Below, piece by piece: positions 19,743-29,551 of a DNA stretch of 64,000 nt. Both the position numbers and the translations under genes were made by a program. The DNA is from an uncultured delta proteobacterium (GTDB lineage: Bacteria; Desulfobacterota; Binatia; UBA9968), in contig CAVUZH010000024.1 of NCBI GenBank assembly GCA_963745835.1, forward strand, positions 64,001-128,000, in the 5' to 3' direction. Every line of letters begins with the position of its first letter. Within the stretch, counting starts at the first letter, position 1. The notes beneath the pieces are model-generated. The model saw only the letters and a program-made list of their open reading frames with translations, made no database searches and was not told where the DNA came from.

Positions 19743-19882
19743 CGAGGCTAGGGCCGGCAAGCAGTTACAGGTCTGCCAAGCTGTGCAAAAAGCTTGACTT
19801 GGTATAGGGTGGTTGTTACAGTTGCCAAGGGCTTGAATTTATTAATTTATCTATAAAAGATGTCAGCTATACTTACAAGCTC

Positions 19883-22111
19883 ATGGAGGGCAGCGTGACG
19901 CATCAGCAAAAGACAATTGAAAAACTGCGGATAGTTTTGATCAAGCCCTCCAAGTATGACGACGACGGTTACGTCATTCGCTTTTGGAAAGGCGTCCTAC
20001 CGAGTAACACGTTAAACGTTCTCCATGGCTTGACTGAAGATGTGATACAGCGCCGTGTGTTTGGAGATCTTCCGATAGAGATTACCACATTTGACGAAAC
20101 CGCAGAAAAAGTTCCTTTGCACAAAATCATTCGCTGGAACAGCGAGCCTAATACGCAGCTGCTGGTCTGTATGGTTGGCGTGCAAACCAATCAATTTCCC
20201 CGCGCTGTTGATATGGCAAGGATCCTGCGCGCCGAGGGGATCACGGTGATCATCGGCGGCTTTCACACGAGCGGAACCGTCAACATGTTGGGTGAGCAGG
20301 AACCCGACATGCAAGAACTTTTTCGGGAAGGCATCTGCGCGGTATCCGGCGAAGTCGAAGGCAAGTGGGACATGATTCTAACGGACTTTCTCGAAGGGAA
20401 ACTCAAACCCCTTTATAGCTTCGCCCAAGATTTACAAAGTTTGGTCGACATCGAAGATTCGCCATTGCCGAAAACCAGCTCCAAAACCATGGAGCATTTT
20501 GCCTACCCTAGCTTTGGCACGGCAGATACATCACGCGGGTGCCCATTTGCCTGCAGCTTCTGCACGATCATCAATGTTCAAGGGCGTAAGATGCGTGAAC
20601 GAAGCCCGCAAAGCATCGCGGCAATGATGCGCCGGAACTATCGCGATCATGGCGTGTCATTTTATTTTTTCACTGACGATAACTTTGCTCGCAAAAAACT
20701 CTGGCGCGAAACGTTTGAAGAGATTATCAAACTTCGAGAAGAAGGTCTCGATGTGACCTTCATGATGCAGGTTGACCTCGCAAGGAAGCCGAAAGACTTC
20801 GTTTCACTGGCGGCGAAAGCGGGCTGCACGCAGGTCTTTATCGGCATGGAAAGCGTCAATCCGCAGAACTTGGAGTCTGAAGGCAAAAAGCAAAACAAAG
20901 TTGAAGAGTATCGCGAGATCATCCAAGAATGGCATCAAGTCGGAGTAGTGGTTCATACCGGCTATATCATCGGCCTACCCTGGGATTCAAAAGAGCAGGT
21001 TCCGAACGACATCCGCTTTCTCATCGACGAGGTTGGCCCCGATCAGGCTTCATTTTTTATGCTAACTCCCCTGCCGGGGTCGCACGATCATCGAGAGATG
21101 AAAAAACGGGGCGATTGGATGGATCCGGATTTCAATAAGCGCGACTCATTTCATGCCACCATCAAGCATCCGCTGATGAGCGAACAAGAGTGGACCGATT
21201 GTTATGAAAACGCCTGGAGAACATTTTACAGCAAAGAAAATATGATCAGGGTCCTTTCCAGGTGGGCCGATAATCCGAGAAACTACTGGAACTTGATGTC
21301 GATTTTCTTGTGGTACAAGAACGCGGCTTTGATTGAGAAACAGCACCCGATGGTCGCCGGTTTTTTCCGGCTCAAGGATCGTAAAGCCCGCCGGCCAGGC
21401 TATGCCATCGACTCTATACCGGTTCATGCCTGGAAGCGCAGTAAAGAAATTACGCACCTGCTAGTCAATTGGGCCAAGTTTTTGAAGGAGATTGAAGAAG
21501 TTTGGCTGCAAACCAGAAAAAAAAGCGACACCGAGGAGCGGTGGGTCGAGCAGATCCAGAAAATACAAACAGATATTTGGCAAGCTTTACGAATTGCTGA
21601 GCTACAAAATGTTTACAGTAACGCACGAGAAACGCTTTCGGGACGGGCCAGAGCCCTGCTAGATCCTCTGGAAGAGCTCTCGTCGAGAATTCTTTACAAC
21701 CGCAGCGATCTGAACCGCTTTCTAAAGCAATGGGAACACCTGAGAAATAGGATACAAGAGGTCCGTTCCGTCGAAACGGAAGCGGCACGAAGTTGCCTTG
21801 ATGAGATGCACAGCCTACAGGCGAACGTACGTCTCAGCGACCGCGTGAACGAGTGGCAGGAAGCTTACACAAAGTTACGGGGTTCATTGCCATCGCGTGC
21901 TAGCTTACGGCTGATTAAGTTCGACGCGATTAACAATCGGGTGGTCTATTCCAGACAGGAACTGCAGCGGATTTGGAGCCATACGATTCACAATGCGCGC
22001 CAGATGAAATTATGGCACATCCGGCCGTGGCGCCTTACGCGGGCGATGATCCAGGATTTCTCGTTAACCACTTCCTTCGCCGCAAACTTTAAGGAATTCG
22101 CCAGACGATAA
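19883..22111 (+). CDS. Cobalamin-binding radical SAM protein with long helical C-terminal extension
   Basis: B12-type N-domain (VIIGGFH), SRGCPFACSFC, FTDDNF, FIGMES, LTPLPGS. Confidence 0.88.
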   Translation: MEGSVTHQQKTIEKLRIVLIKPSKYDDDGYVIRFWKGVLPSNTLNVLHGLTEDVIQRRVFGDLPIEITTFDETAEKVPLHKIIRWNSEPNTQLLVCMVGVQTNQFPRAVDMARILRAEGITVIIGGFHTSGTVNMLGEQEPDMQELFREGICAVSGEVEGKWDMILTDFLEGKLKPLYSFAQDLQSLVDIEDSPLPKTSSKTMEHFAYPSFGTADTSRGCPFACSFCTIINVQGRKMRERSPQSIAAMMRRNYRDHGVSFYFFTDDNFARKKLWRETFEEIIKLREEGLDVTFMMQVDLARKPKDFVSLAAKAGCTQVFIGMESVNPQNLESEGKKQNKVEEYREIIQEWHQVGVVVHTGYIIGLPWDSKEQVPNDIRFLIDEVGPDQASFFMLTPLPGSHDHREMKKRGDWMDPDFNKRDSFHATIKHPLMSEQEWTDCYENAWRTFYSKENMIRVLSRWADNPRNYWNLMSIFLWYKNAALIEKQHPMVAGFFRLKDRKARRPGYAIDSIPVHAWKRSKEITHLLVNWAKFLKEIEEVWLQTRKKSDTEERWVEQIQKIQTDIWQALRIAELQNVYSNARETLSGRARALLDPLEELSSRILYNRSDLNRFLKQWEHLRNRIQEVRSVETEAARSCLDEMHSLQANVRLSDRVNEWQEAYTKLRGSLPSRASLRLIKFDAINNRVVYSRQELQRIWSHTIHNARQMKLWHIRPWRLTRAMIQDFSLTTSFAANFKEFARR

Positions 22112-22135
22112 AAACCGGTGCCAGAGAATTGCGTG

Positions 22136-22969
22136 TCAGTGAATCTGGACGTATCGGTGTCTTACCGATTCGATCTGCGCTTTTATCATCGCCGCATCTT
22201 CGGCACCAGGAGCTAATCTTAAGTAGCTTTCCAGATCATCGAGTGCGGGCGCATAACATTCAAGGGTGATATACAAGAGCCCGCGATCGCGAATTTCGCT
22301 GGCGGCGCTCGGATCCAGTACCACCAACTGATCGAGCACCGACAGAGTTTTCAACGGTTCGCCTCTCTCCAGGTAAATCCATTTCAGGTTATTGAGCATC
22401 CGCCGCAAAATGTCTCGTTTGCCTAAAGTGGCGACAAAACCGGGTTGATACGACACCTGACCTCGATAAAGCTGTTGCAGCATTCGATCCAAATCTTCCC
22501 GAGCACGGATCTCTCCCCCGTTGAAAACATCGATCAAAATTTCCACATCGCCATCGTCATACTTGACCAGAAAATGACCCGGGAAACCTATTCCCTCAAG
22601 CGATAATCCCACTCGCCGGGCCACCTCCATGTAAACCACCGAAAGGCTGATAGGAATTCCTTTCTTGCGAGTGATGACATCGTTTAGGAAACTATTTTTC
22701 GGATCGTAGTATTCAGAACGGTTTCCTTGAAAACCTAGCTCTTTGAAGAGGACCGTGTTGAGTGCGGCGATAGTGCGGTAGGGATTTTTCTCGCCACCGA
22801 TTCTAAGCTCGACTGCCTGTCCCAGCCCATCGAGCTGGGACAGGTAATCGTCAATTTTAAGATCCGGATACTCATGCATGGCAATTGCTAGAGCCGCGCG
22901 GCCGAGATCGATCTGATCTTCCGGACAATCGATGGCCTCGCGAAATGCAACGTAGAGATCGTTGCTCAC
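22136..22969 (-). CDS. SirB1/YchA family transglutaminase-like + TPR protein
   Basis: GFQGNRSEYYDPKNSFLNDVI.RKKGIPISL, FPGHFL, RMLNNLK, RDRGLLY. Confidence 0.9.
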   Translation of the reverse strand: MSNDLYVAFREAIDCPEDQIDLGRAALAIAMHEYPDLKIDDYLSQLDGLGQAVELRIGGEKNPYRTIAALNTVLFKELGFQGNRSEYYDPKNSFLNDVITRKKGIPISLSVVYMEVARRVGLSLEGIGFPGHFLVKYDDGDVEILIDVFNGGEIRAREDLDRMLQQLYRGQVSYQPGFVATLGKRDILRRMLNNLKWIYLERGEPLKTLSVLDQLVVLDPSAASEIRDRGLLYITLECYAPALDDLESYLRLAPGAEDAAMIKAQIESVRHRYVQIH

Positions 22970-22980
22970 AACGAAAGCTC

Positions 22981-24762
22981 CTATCGCGGCTCTGAAACCA
23001 CGTCCACCAAAGCCGGCAATTGCTTCTCCTTTACGTATTTCAACGCGCGCTCGATCGCCGGACGCAATTCCGAGGTTCGGCGGATCGTCCCTTCGGCATG
23101 CACGCCAAAAGACTGCGCCATCTTGGCATAATCGACCTCCGGATCGTCCACGTGAGTTCCTATACCGGCGTTCTCGACCGGTCGCTTGCGAAACTTAGCC
23201 ACTTCGATCCCATGCTCTTCGGAGTTGTAAAAAGACTGATTGTTGTGCAGCACCATCAGTAGAGGAATCCTGTGTTTGGCCGCGGTCCAGAGACAACTCG
23301 AGGTCATGAGCAAGTCGCCATCCGACTGGATATCGATTGCGACTTTGCCGGTCCCTTTCAAAGCCAAGGCTGCGCCGATGGCTGCGCTGGCGCCGTAACC
23401 AACTCCGGCGCCGCCGCTGGCGCCAAGATACTGGTTCGGTTTGGTGAAGTCCCATAAACGGCGAGCCCAGCCGTTTGAGGTTCCGTTCACCAGCACCCAA
23501 TCCTCTCTTTTGATCACCTCACCTAGATCATACGCGAGAAAAGCGGTCGAGATGTTTTGCAGCGAAGCCTTGGCTTGCGCATCGGCCAACCACTTAGCCC
23601 GCCGACTCTTACTTTTGTCGGCCAGTTCTTTCTGTCTTGCCTCGATTGACGATTTCCTCTTCGAATCCTTGCCTAAAAGTTCGCGGCAGAGGCGAGTCAG
23701 TTCCGGCACCGCCACCGAAGTATCGGCCGTGAGTGGAATATCGGTGGGCTGTAAGGCCTGGTAATCTCCGGCCCACGAGCGCACCAGCATGTCGTGCATC
23801 GAAATAGTGATGATCTTTACTGATGGTGAGGTCACATAGACGCAGTCGCGGGTTTGCTTGCTAACGGTCGTAAGAGATCCATACAAATCGGCGACGTCCA
23901 GAGCCAAAATCACATCGGCTTTGGGCAAGATCTCCTTTGCCCCATCGGTAACATCCAATGGGTGGGTGGTTGGGAAATTAAAGCGCGCCCCTTTATCGAT
24001 CACTGGAATCGCCAACAGCTCGGCAAGCTCAACCAATGTCGGCACTGTTTGTGGGTTGCGTCCCAAGCTATCTGCAATGATCAAAGGCATTTGAGCATTG
24101 ACTAATAGCTCGGCGGCGCGCTTCAGCTCCACAGGGTTGGCCTGTACTGGAGCTGGCGGCGCATAACGGCTAATATCCGGCAACTCGACAGGGGTGGAAA
24201 CAGACTCTTCCTGAATGTCGGCGTCGTAATTGATATAAACCGGCGCCATCGGTTCCGTCGTGGCGATCCGGTATCCGCGAATGAAAGAATCCGGAACATC
24301 GGCAAGCGTATAGGGTTGATCGTCCCATTTCACGTAATCCCGAACCTGGTTTCCCTGCACAAGAGCGGTGTGAATCCAATCGATGCGAGGCCGGCGTCGC
24401 TTGGTGTTCATCGGACCGGTGCCGCCCAGGACAATGATTGGCACCCGGTCTATCCAAGCGTTGAAGATTGCCATACTCGCGTGTTGCAAGCCCACCATGT
24501 TGTGAACAATGGCGATCATCGGCTTACCTTTCGCCTTGGCGTAGCCATGAGCGATCGCCACGGAAAATTCCTCATGGCAACAAAAAATCACTTCCGGCTT
24601 GTAGTTCCCACCGTAGTTTACGATGGAGTCATGAATGCCACGAAAGGTCGCTCCCGGATTGAACGCCGCATATTCGATGTCATGGGCTTTCATTAGATCG
24701 ACAACGACATCCGACCCGTATTGTGGTTGCTTCTTTTCTACCCTGCTTTGCGATTTCGCCAC
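22981..24762 (-). CDS. Thiamine-diphosphate-dependent enzyme (ALS/decarboxylase superfamily)
   Basis: NPGATFRGIHDS, HEE.SVAIAHGYAKA, SDGD...NN ThDP motif. Confidence 0.9.
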   Translation of the reverse strand: MAKSQSRVEKKQPQYGSDVVVDLMKAHDIEYAAFNPGATFRGIHDSIVNYGGNYKPEVIFCCHEEFSVAIAHGYAKAKGKPMIAIVHNMVGLQHASMAIFNAWIDRVPIIVLGGTGPMNTKRRRPRIDWIHTALVQGNQVRDYVKWDDQPYTLADVPDSFIRGYRIATTEPMAPVYINYDADIQEESVSTPVELPDISRYAPPAPVQANPVELKRAAELLVNAQMPLIIADSLGRNPQTVPTLVELAELLAIPVIDKGARFNFPTTHPLDVTDGAKEILPKADVILALDVADLYGSLTTVSKQTRDCVYVTSPSVKIITISMHDMLVRSWAGDYQALQPTDIPLTADTSVAVPELTRLCRELLGKDSKRKSSIEARQKELADKSKSRRAKWLADAQAKASLQNISTAFLAYDLGEVIKREDWVLVNGTSNGWARRLWDFTKPNQYLGASGGAGVGYGASAAIGAALALKGTGKVAIDIQSDGDLLMTSSCLWTAAKHRIPLLMVLHNNQSFYNSEEHGIEVAKFRKRPVENAGIGTHVDDPEVDYAKMAQSFGVHAEGTIRRTSELRPAIERALKYVKEKQLPALVDVVSEPR

Positions 24763-24817
24763 TGTGTGTCTCCTCTTGTTTAGAACATCCTAGTCAATTC
24801 AATCACCCATGCGCCTA

Positions 24818-25732
24818 TCACTTGCTCGCATTTGGCGCAAGACGCGTATTGCTCAAAAGTCCCTGTTGATAAAACAACTCCAGCGTCTCCATGAGATCTC
24901 CCTCACGCGCGCCTTTCGCCGAGGTTTCGCGGATCTCCAAATCGGCAATGTTGCCCAGAACTTTTTGGATCGCCGGGGCCATTAAAGCTTGCATACCGTA
25001 ATGGGCATACGTGCGCTGGAGCTCATCCATTTCCTCAGCGCGACGTCTCGCATGGATGCGCAGTCCAACGATGCTAGAACTGACTTTCTCGAGCAAACCG
25101 GGGAAGCTCTCATCGTATCGTTTGATGATCTCATCGAGCAGACCGAAGCGCTTGGCCCCCATAAGCAGTTCAACGAACAGTCCCTGCAATCCTTTCGTCA
25201 ACCCGGCATAAACTACTTTGAAGGCGGATGCCTGCGATGTTCCACTTCCAAGAACTTGCACGCTTAGACCATAACCGCCAAGCTCGAGAATGCGGGATGC
25301 TTCGGGACCGGAGGCGTAGATCACCGCTCCTTTGTCCATTTTAGAGGCTGAACCGATTATGCAGCCATCAACAAAGTTCACACCGCTTTCACTGACGACT
25401 CTGTTAATCGTCTCCGCAGTCATCGGCGAAATCGCATTGGCGTCGAAATAGATCAAGTCCTTGCGATGAGCATCGCCCGCGGCCTTGGCGATTTCTGCTG
25501 CTAGCTTGAGTGCTGCCGATGGCACCACGATCGAGACGATTAGATCCGCGCTCGAGCACAGTTCTGTCAGGGAACCAGTGGACTCGACTCCTGCGTTTTC
25601 AGCGCGCCTTTGTGTCACCGGACTACGATCTCGATCATAAGTCAGCACCTCGGCACCCCGAGCTTTCAAGAGCTTTGCCCAGTGATATCCCATCTCGCCA
25701 ATGCTCATGATTCCAATTTTTGCGAAAGCCAC
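24818..25732 (-). CDS. NAD(P)-dependent beta-hydroxyacid dehydrogenase-like protein with DUF1932
   Basis: IGEMG, DANAISP, FVDGCIIG, ASAFKVVYAGLTKG, HARRRAEEM. Confidence 0.85.
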   Translation of the reverse strand: MAFAKIGIMSIGEMGYHWAKLLKARGAEVLTYDRDRSPVTQRRAENAGVESTGSLTELCSSADLIVSIVVPSAALKLAAEIAKAAGDAHRKDLIYFDANAISPMTAETINRVVSESGVNFVDGCIIGSASKMDKGAVIYASGPEASRILELGGYGLSVQVLGSGTSQASAFKVVYAGLTKGLQGLFVELLMGAKRFGLLDEIIKRYDESFPGLLEKVSSSIVGLRIHARRRAEEMDELQRTYAHYGMQALMAPAIQKVLGNIADLEIRETSAKGAREGDLMETLELFYQQGLLSNTRLAPNASK

Positions 25733-26046
25733 AGATACCTCCTGTCATCGAGGCCAAAACGTTCACATAGAACCGCTTCTCTGGTCGGCATTTCTTGCTT
25801 TGGCACTATGCGATCCGTCACGTTGTTCCTGTCTAATGACACATCGCCCGCTATTTTGAAAGATTCTCAGGGGATCACTTAGAGGTCGATCAATTCGAGC
25901 GATTGTAGATTGAACTGGGCTCGACTAGTTCGTTTCTGATAGCTTACAATTTTATGTTATCTAGAATTTTAGCGTCGGTTAAAAGTCTTGTTAGCAAGGG
26001 GGGTGGCTTTTCGATTTATTGATTCGTTGAATGCAATACAACTCAC

Positions 26047-26084
26047 AAAAAAATGCCCCGTCGCAGGGCGATCGGGGCATTTTT
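26047..26084. terminator. Rho-independent terminator (bidirectional-looking) downstream of the CsbD gene
   Basis: AAAAATGCCCCG..TCGC-AGG-GCGA..CGGGGCATTTTT. Confidence 0.75.
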
Positions 26085-26150
26085 GCAATTGAGATGACAG
26101 GCTTTCCGGAGCAGGATCAGTCCGCCGTAACCTCGAATGCACAATCAACT

Positions 26151-26621
26151 TTATTCGTCATAGGATCGATCACTGCCGCCAATACTACGCGCTATCAAGT
26201 AGCCCAAACCGATGCCGATCAAACAGGCTTGAATTGGATAGCGACGAACCCATGCGGCTATCTCACCGGTCAATTCATCGAAATCTCGCTCCTGCAAATA
26301 GGACCGGGCCGCTTGCACTCGGCTAGCCATCGCCCCCGCCGCCTCACCGGCTTTGTTGGACACGGTAGCTCCCAGTTCGTCAACTTGAGATCTTAGGTTG
26401 GAACCTATTCCACCGCCACCGGTCCCATACTCGGAAAGGCGACGATCGACTTCTCTCTCCGCCTGCTCGCGAGTTTGACCGTACCTTTCTTGTACCAAGC
26501 CTACCAACTTGTCTTTTTCTCCGCCGATTATCTCTAAATCATCGTCGCTGAGCCGGCCCCACCAAGATCGTAAGGTGCCACGCATTTCTCGCCATTTTCC
26601 TGAAAAAACATCTTCGTTCAT
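26151..26621 (-). CDS. CsbD family stress protein with C-terminal DUF883/ElaB-like membrane anchor
   Basis: GKWREMRG...WGRLSDDDL..IGGEKDKLVGLVQERYG; tail VRRYPIQACLIGIGLGYLI; GGAGG RBS. Confidence 0.88.
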   Translation of the reverse strand: MNEDVFSGKWREMRGTLRSWWGRLSDDDLEIIGGEKDKLVGLVQERYGQTREQAEREVDRRLSEYGTGGGGIGSNLRSQVDELGATVSNKAGEAAGAMASRVQAARSYLQERDFDELTGEIAAWVRRYPIQACLIGIGLGYLIARSIGGSDRSYDE

Positions 26622-26681
26622 AGCATAACCTCCTCGTAATTTGATCGCGACGATCTTTACATGTCAAAATCAAAAATGAGG

Positions 26682-26696
26682 GCAAATCATATGCCA
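26682..26696 (-). promoter_or_regulatory. Sigma-54 (-24/-12) promoter upstream of the CsbD gene
   Basis: Minus strand TGGCATATGATTTGC = GG-N10-GC, about 60 nt upstream of the start codon. Confidence 0.7.
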
Positions 26697-26815
26697 CGCC
26701 GAGGCGTGAAAAAGCGCCGGAATAAGCCGAAGCATTATTTTTTTGTCTACGGACTGCGACGCGAGCGCATTATCTGTCCCATGACCGGGAAAAGTTTTCG
26801 CTGTCGAGCTTAAGC

Positions 26816-27052
26816 TCATCGAGGTATCAAAAAGATTTGATCCTCATTCTCCTGTACGAACATCTTACCTGTCTTCAAGCACAACGTTTTGTGGCCGCCA
26901 ACGGCGAGGAGCTGGGGAGGCTGGTTTCTTCCCTTGTAAGTTTCACTGATACTGCGCTTATCGGCAGGACCATCATCGAGGTGAAGCCGAACACGCATCG
27001 GATGTTCGGCACCACATTCACTGCAAAGTACGTGGATTTCATACTGAGGCAT
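26816..27052 (-). CDS. Small hypothetical protein, possible Zn-binding (CxxC..H....C)
   Basis: 78 aa ORF with AGGAGG RBS; CSECGAEH ... CLKTG. Confidence 0.65.
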   Translation of the reverse strand: MPQYEIHVLCSECGAEHPMRVRLHLDDGPADKRSISETYKGRNQPPQLLAVGGHKTLCLKTGKMFVQENEDQIFLIPR

Positions 27053-27228
27053 GATGAAACTACCTCCTTTTCACCACTCTACATGTTCAAAGCAAGCATC
27101 ATCAGCACTAACTTATTTCTAGTTCCCGATCGCTGGGAGAAGCCCAGTGTAGATGCATTGGCCACAGGTTTCATCTACAGAAAAAGCCTCGACTCGCTGA
27201 AACCGCGGATGCTCTAGCCAGACTTGCG

Positions 27229-27318
27229 TGGTGCCCGGAGCCGGACTCGAACCGGCACGGACCTTTCGGTCCTCGGGATTTTAAGTCCCGTGTGTCTACC
27301 AAATTCCACCATCCGGGC
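27229..27318 (-). tRNA. tRNA-Leu (anticodon UAA)
   Basis: GCCCGGATGGTGGAATTTGGTAGACAC...CTTAAAA...long variable arm...GGTTCGAGTCC...GGGCACCA with encoded CCA. Confidence 0.96.
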
Positions 27319-27393
27319 GTTAAAAATCCATCGCTCAAAAGATTCTGCCATCTCGATCAGAAAGGTCGAACGAGAAAGTTTCAAACCAGCCGC

Positions 27394-29519
27394 TTACACG
27401 AAAAGCGGCGCCAGCACGAGCGTAATTGTCGCCAATAATTTGATCAGCACGTGCAAACTGGGACCCGCAGTATCTTTAAAAGGATCACCTAACGTGTCTC
27501 CAACCACCGCGGCTTTATGCGGTTCCGATCCCTTGCCGCCGTAGGCACCGGTTTCGATATATTTCTTGGCATTGTCCCAGGCTCCGCCACTATTGTTGAG
27601 AAAGGTAGCGACGAGAATACCGGCGATGGTGCCTACCATTAGAAATGCCGCGACCGCCTCGGCACCGACGCCGAAAGAGCGGAACAGTAAGCCGACAGCA
27701 ATTGGCATCGTCACCGCGACCACGCCGGGAAGGATCATCTGTTTCAGCGCACCCACGGTAACGATATCGACACAGCGACGATAATCAGGTTTTACCGTGC
27801 CCTGAAGTATGCCTGGATTTTCTTTGAACTGGCGCCGGACCTCGTTGATAACGTAATACGCGGCTTTGCCGACTGCCCGGATCGCATACGCGGAAAAAAG
27901 AAAAACCAGCATTGCCCCAAGCAGTGCGCCGACAAATACTTCCGGCTTGGCTATATTGACCGCTTCGAGCCGATGACCATAGTGAGCCACTTCGTCGAGA
28001 TAAGCCGAAAATAGCAGGAACGCCGCCAGCGCCGCTGATCCTATAGCATAACCCTTGGTCAACGCCTTAGTGGTATTTCCTACGGCGTCGAGCCTGTCGG
28101 TTTTACGGCGAACCTCCTCGGCTGGCCGCTCATTTCGACGATACCGCCGGCGTTGTCGGTGATCGGACCGAAGGTGTCCATTGCAAGAATATATGCCGCC
28201 GTTCCAAGCATTCCCATGGTGGCAACCGCGGTGCCGAAAAGGCCCGCATTTTTAACTCCGCTATTCAGCCCCAAATAGTAGGAAGCAATAATCGCTACCG
28301 AAATGACGACTACCGGCGCCGCTACACACTCAAAGCCAACCGCGATTCCCGCGATAATGTTTGTTGCCGGTCCGGTTTGAGAGGCCTCGGCGATTTCTCT
28401 CACCGGGCGATATTTATATTCAGTATAGTACTGCGTTATATAGACGAAAGCTTGCGCCATCAGAATGCCGATGACGCCGCAGAGAAAAAAGTAAAACCAC
28501 GCGGACTGGGCTTCTGGGTACTTCGCCGGATCGACAGCTAGAAGCCATTGAGCGCAAACGAAAAAGCCAACCATCGCCAACCCGCTGGTTACGTAATATC
28601 CCCGGTTCAAAGCGTGCATCGGGTCGCCGTTCTCATCTGTTTTAACGATCATGATACCGACGATCGAGGCGAGGAGACCAAGTGCACGCGCGACTAACGG
28701 AAAAACGATTCCTTTGATGCCGAAGTAGGGATAGAGGCCCACTCCAAGGATCATCGCGCCGATATTCTCCGCCGCGGTGGATTCGAACAAATCAGCACCA
28801 CGGCCGGCGCAGTCCCCGACATTGTCGCCAACCAGGTCTGCGATAACCGCCGGGTTACGCGGATCGTCTTCAGGGATGCCGGCTTCTACTTTGCCGACCA
28901 AATCCGCGCCGACATCCGCTGCTTTGGTGTAAATGCCTCCGCCGAGCTGAGCAAAAAGCGCGACAAAAGATGCGCCAAAGCCGTATCCGACAATCGTGAA
29001 TGGAATTTTCTGCGGGTCGTGCCCAAGGAACTCGAGCAGCGCGTAGAGGCCGCCGACACCGAGCAGACTCATAGCAACGACAAATAAGCCTGACACAGCG
29101 CCGCCGCGCATTGCGATGCGCAGGCCTTCGTTGAGACTAGCGCGGACAGCCGAAGCGGTTCGGATATTTGCGCGAATTGACACCCACATGCCGATATAAC
29201 CGGCAATTACCGAACAAAGAGCCCCGAGAGCGAAAGAAAAAGTCGTCCAAAAGGCCATTTGTACGGGCGCCACCGGATCTGCCGGACTGGGCGCGCGAAC
29301 ATATGCGTACAGAAAAAAGATCACCGCGGCCAAAACAGCGGACATCAATATAATCGTTCGATTCTGCCGTGAGAGAAAAGCTTCAGCGCCTTCCTTGATG
29401 GCATCGGATATCTCCCGCATCTTTGGGGTACCGGTGTCGCGCGCCAGCACCCAACGCGCCAGATAGATAGCGAATACCAGCGACAAAAAGCTTACGGCGA
29501 TAACAAATGCAACCATCAA
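27394..29519 (-). CDS. hppA: Membrane H+-translocating pyrophosphatase, K+-independent type; one base missing near 28120
   Basis: DVGADLVGKVE, DNVGDCAG, DNAGGIVEM; frame-corrected junction [29 protein letters not shown] (GNxxK = K+-independent); GDTLGDPFKDTAGP. Confidence 0.92.
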
Positions 29520-29551
29520 TCCTCCTCGTCCCTATGACTGAGAAACCAAGC

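Noticed and set aside
19745-19882. Cobalamin riboswitch upstream of the B12-radical SAM gene
   Set aside because: Region is short, AT-rich and lacks B12-box motifs
26041-27318. Genomic island or prophage integrated at tRNA-Leu
   Set aside because: No integrase and no convincing duplicate of the tRNA 3' end; only two small genes follow
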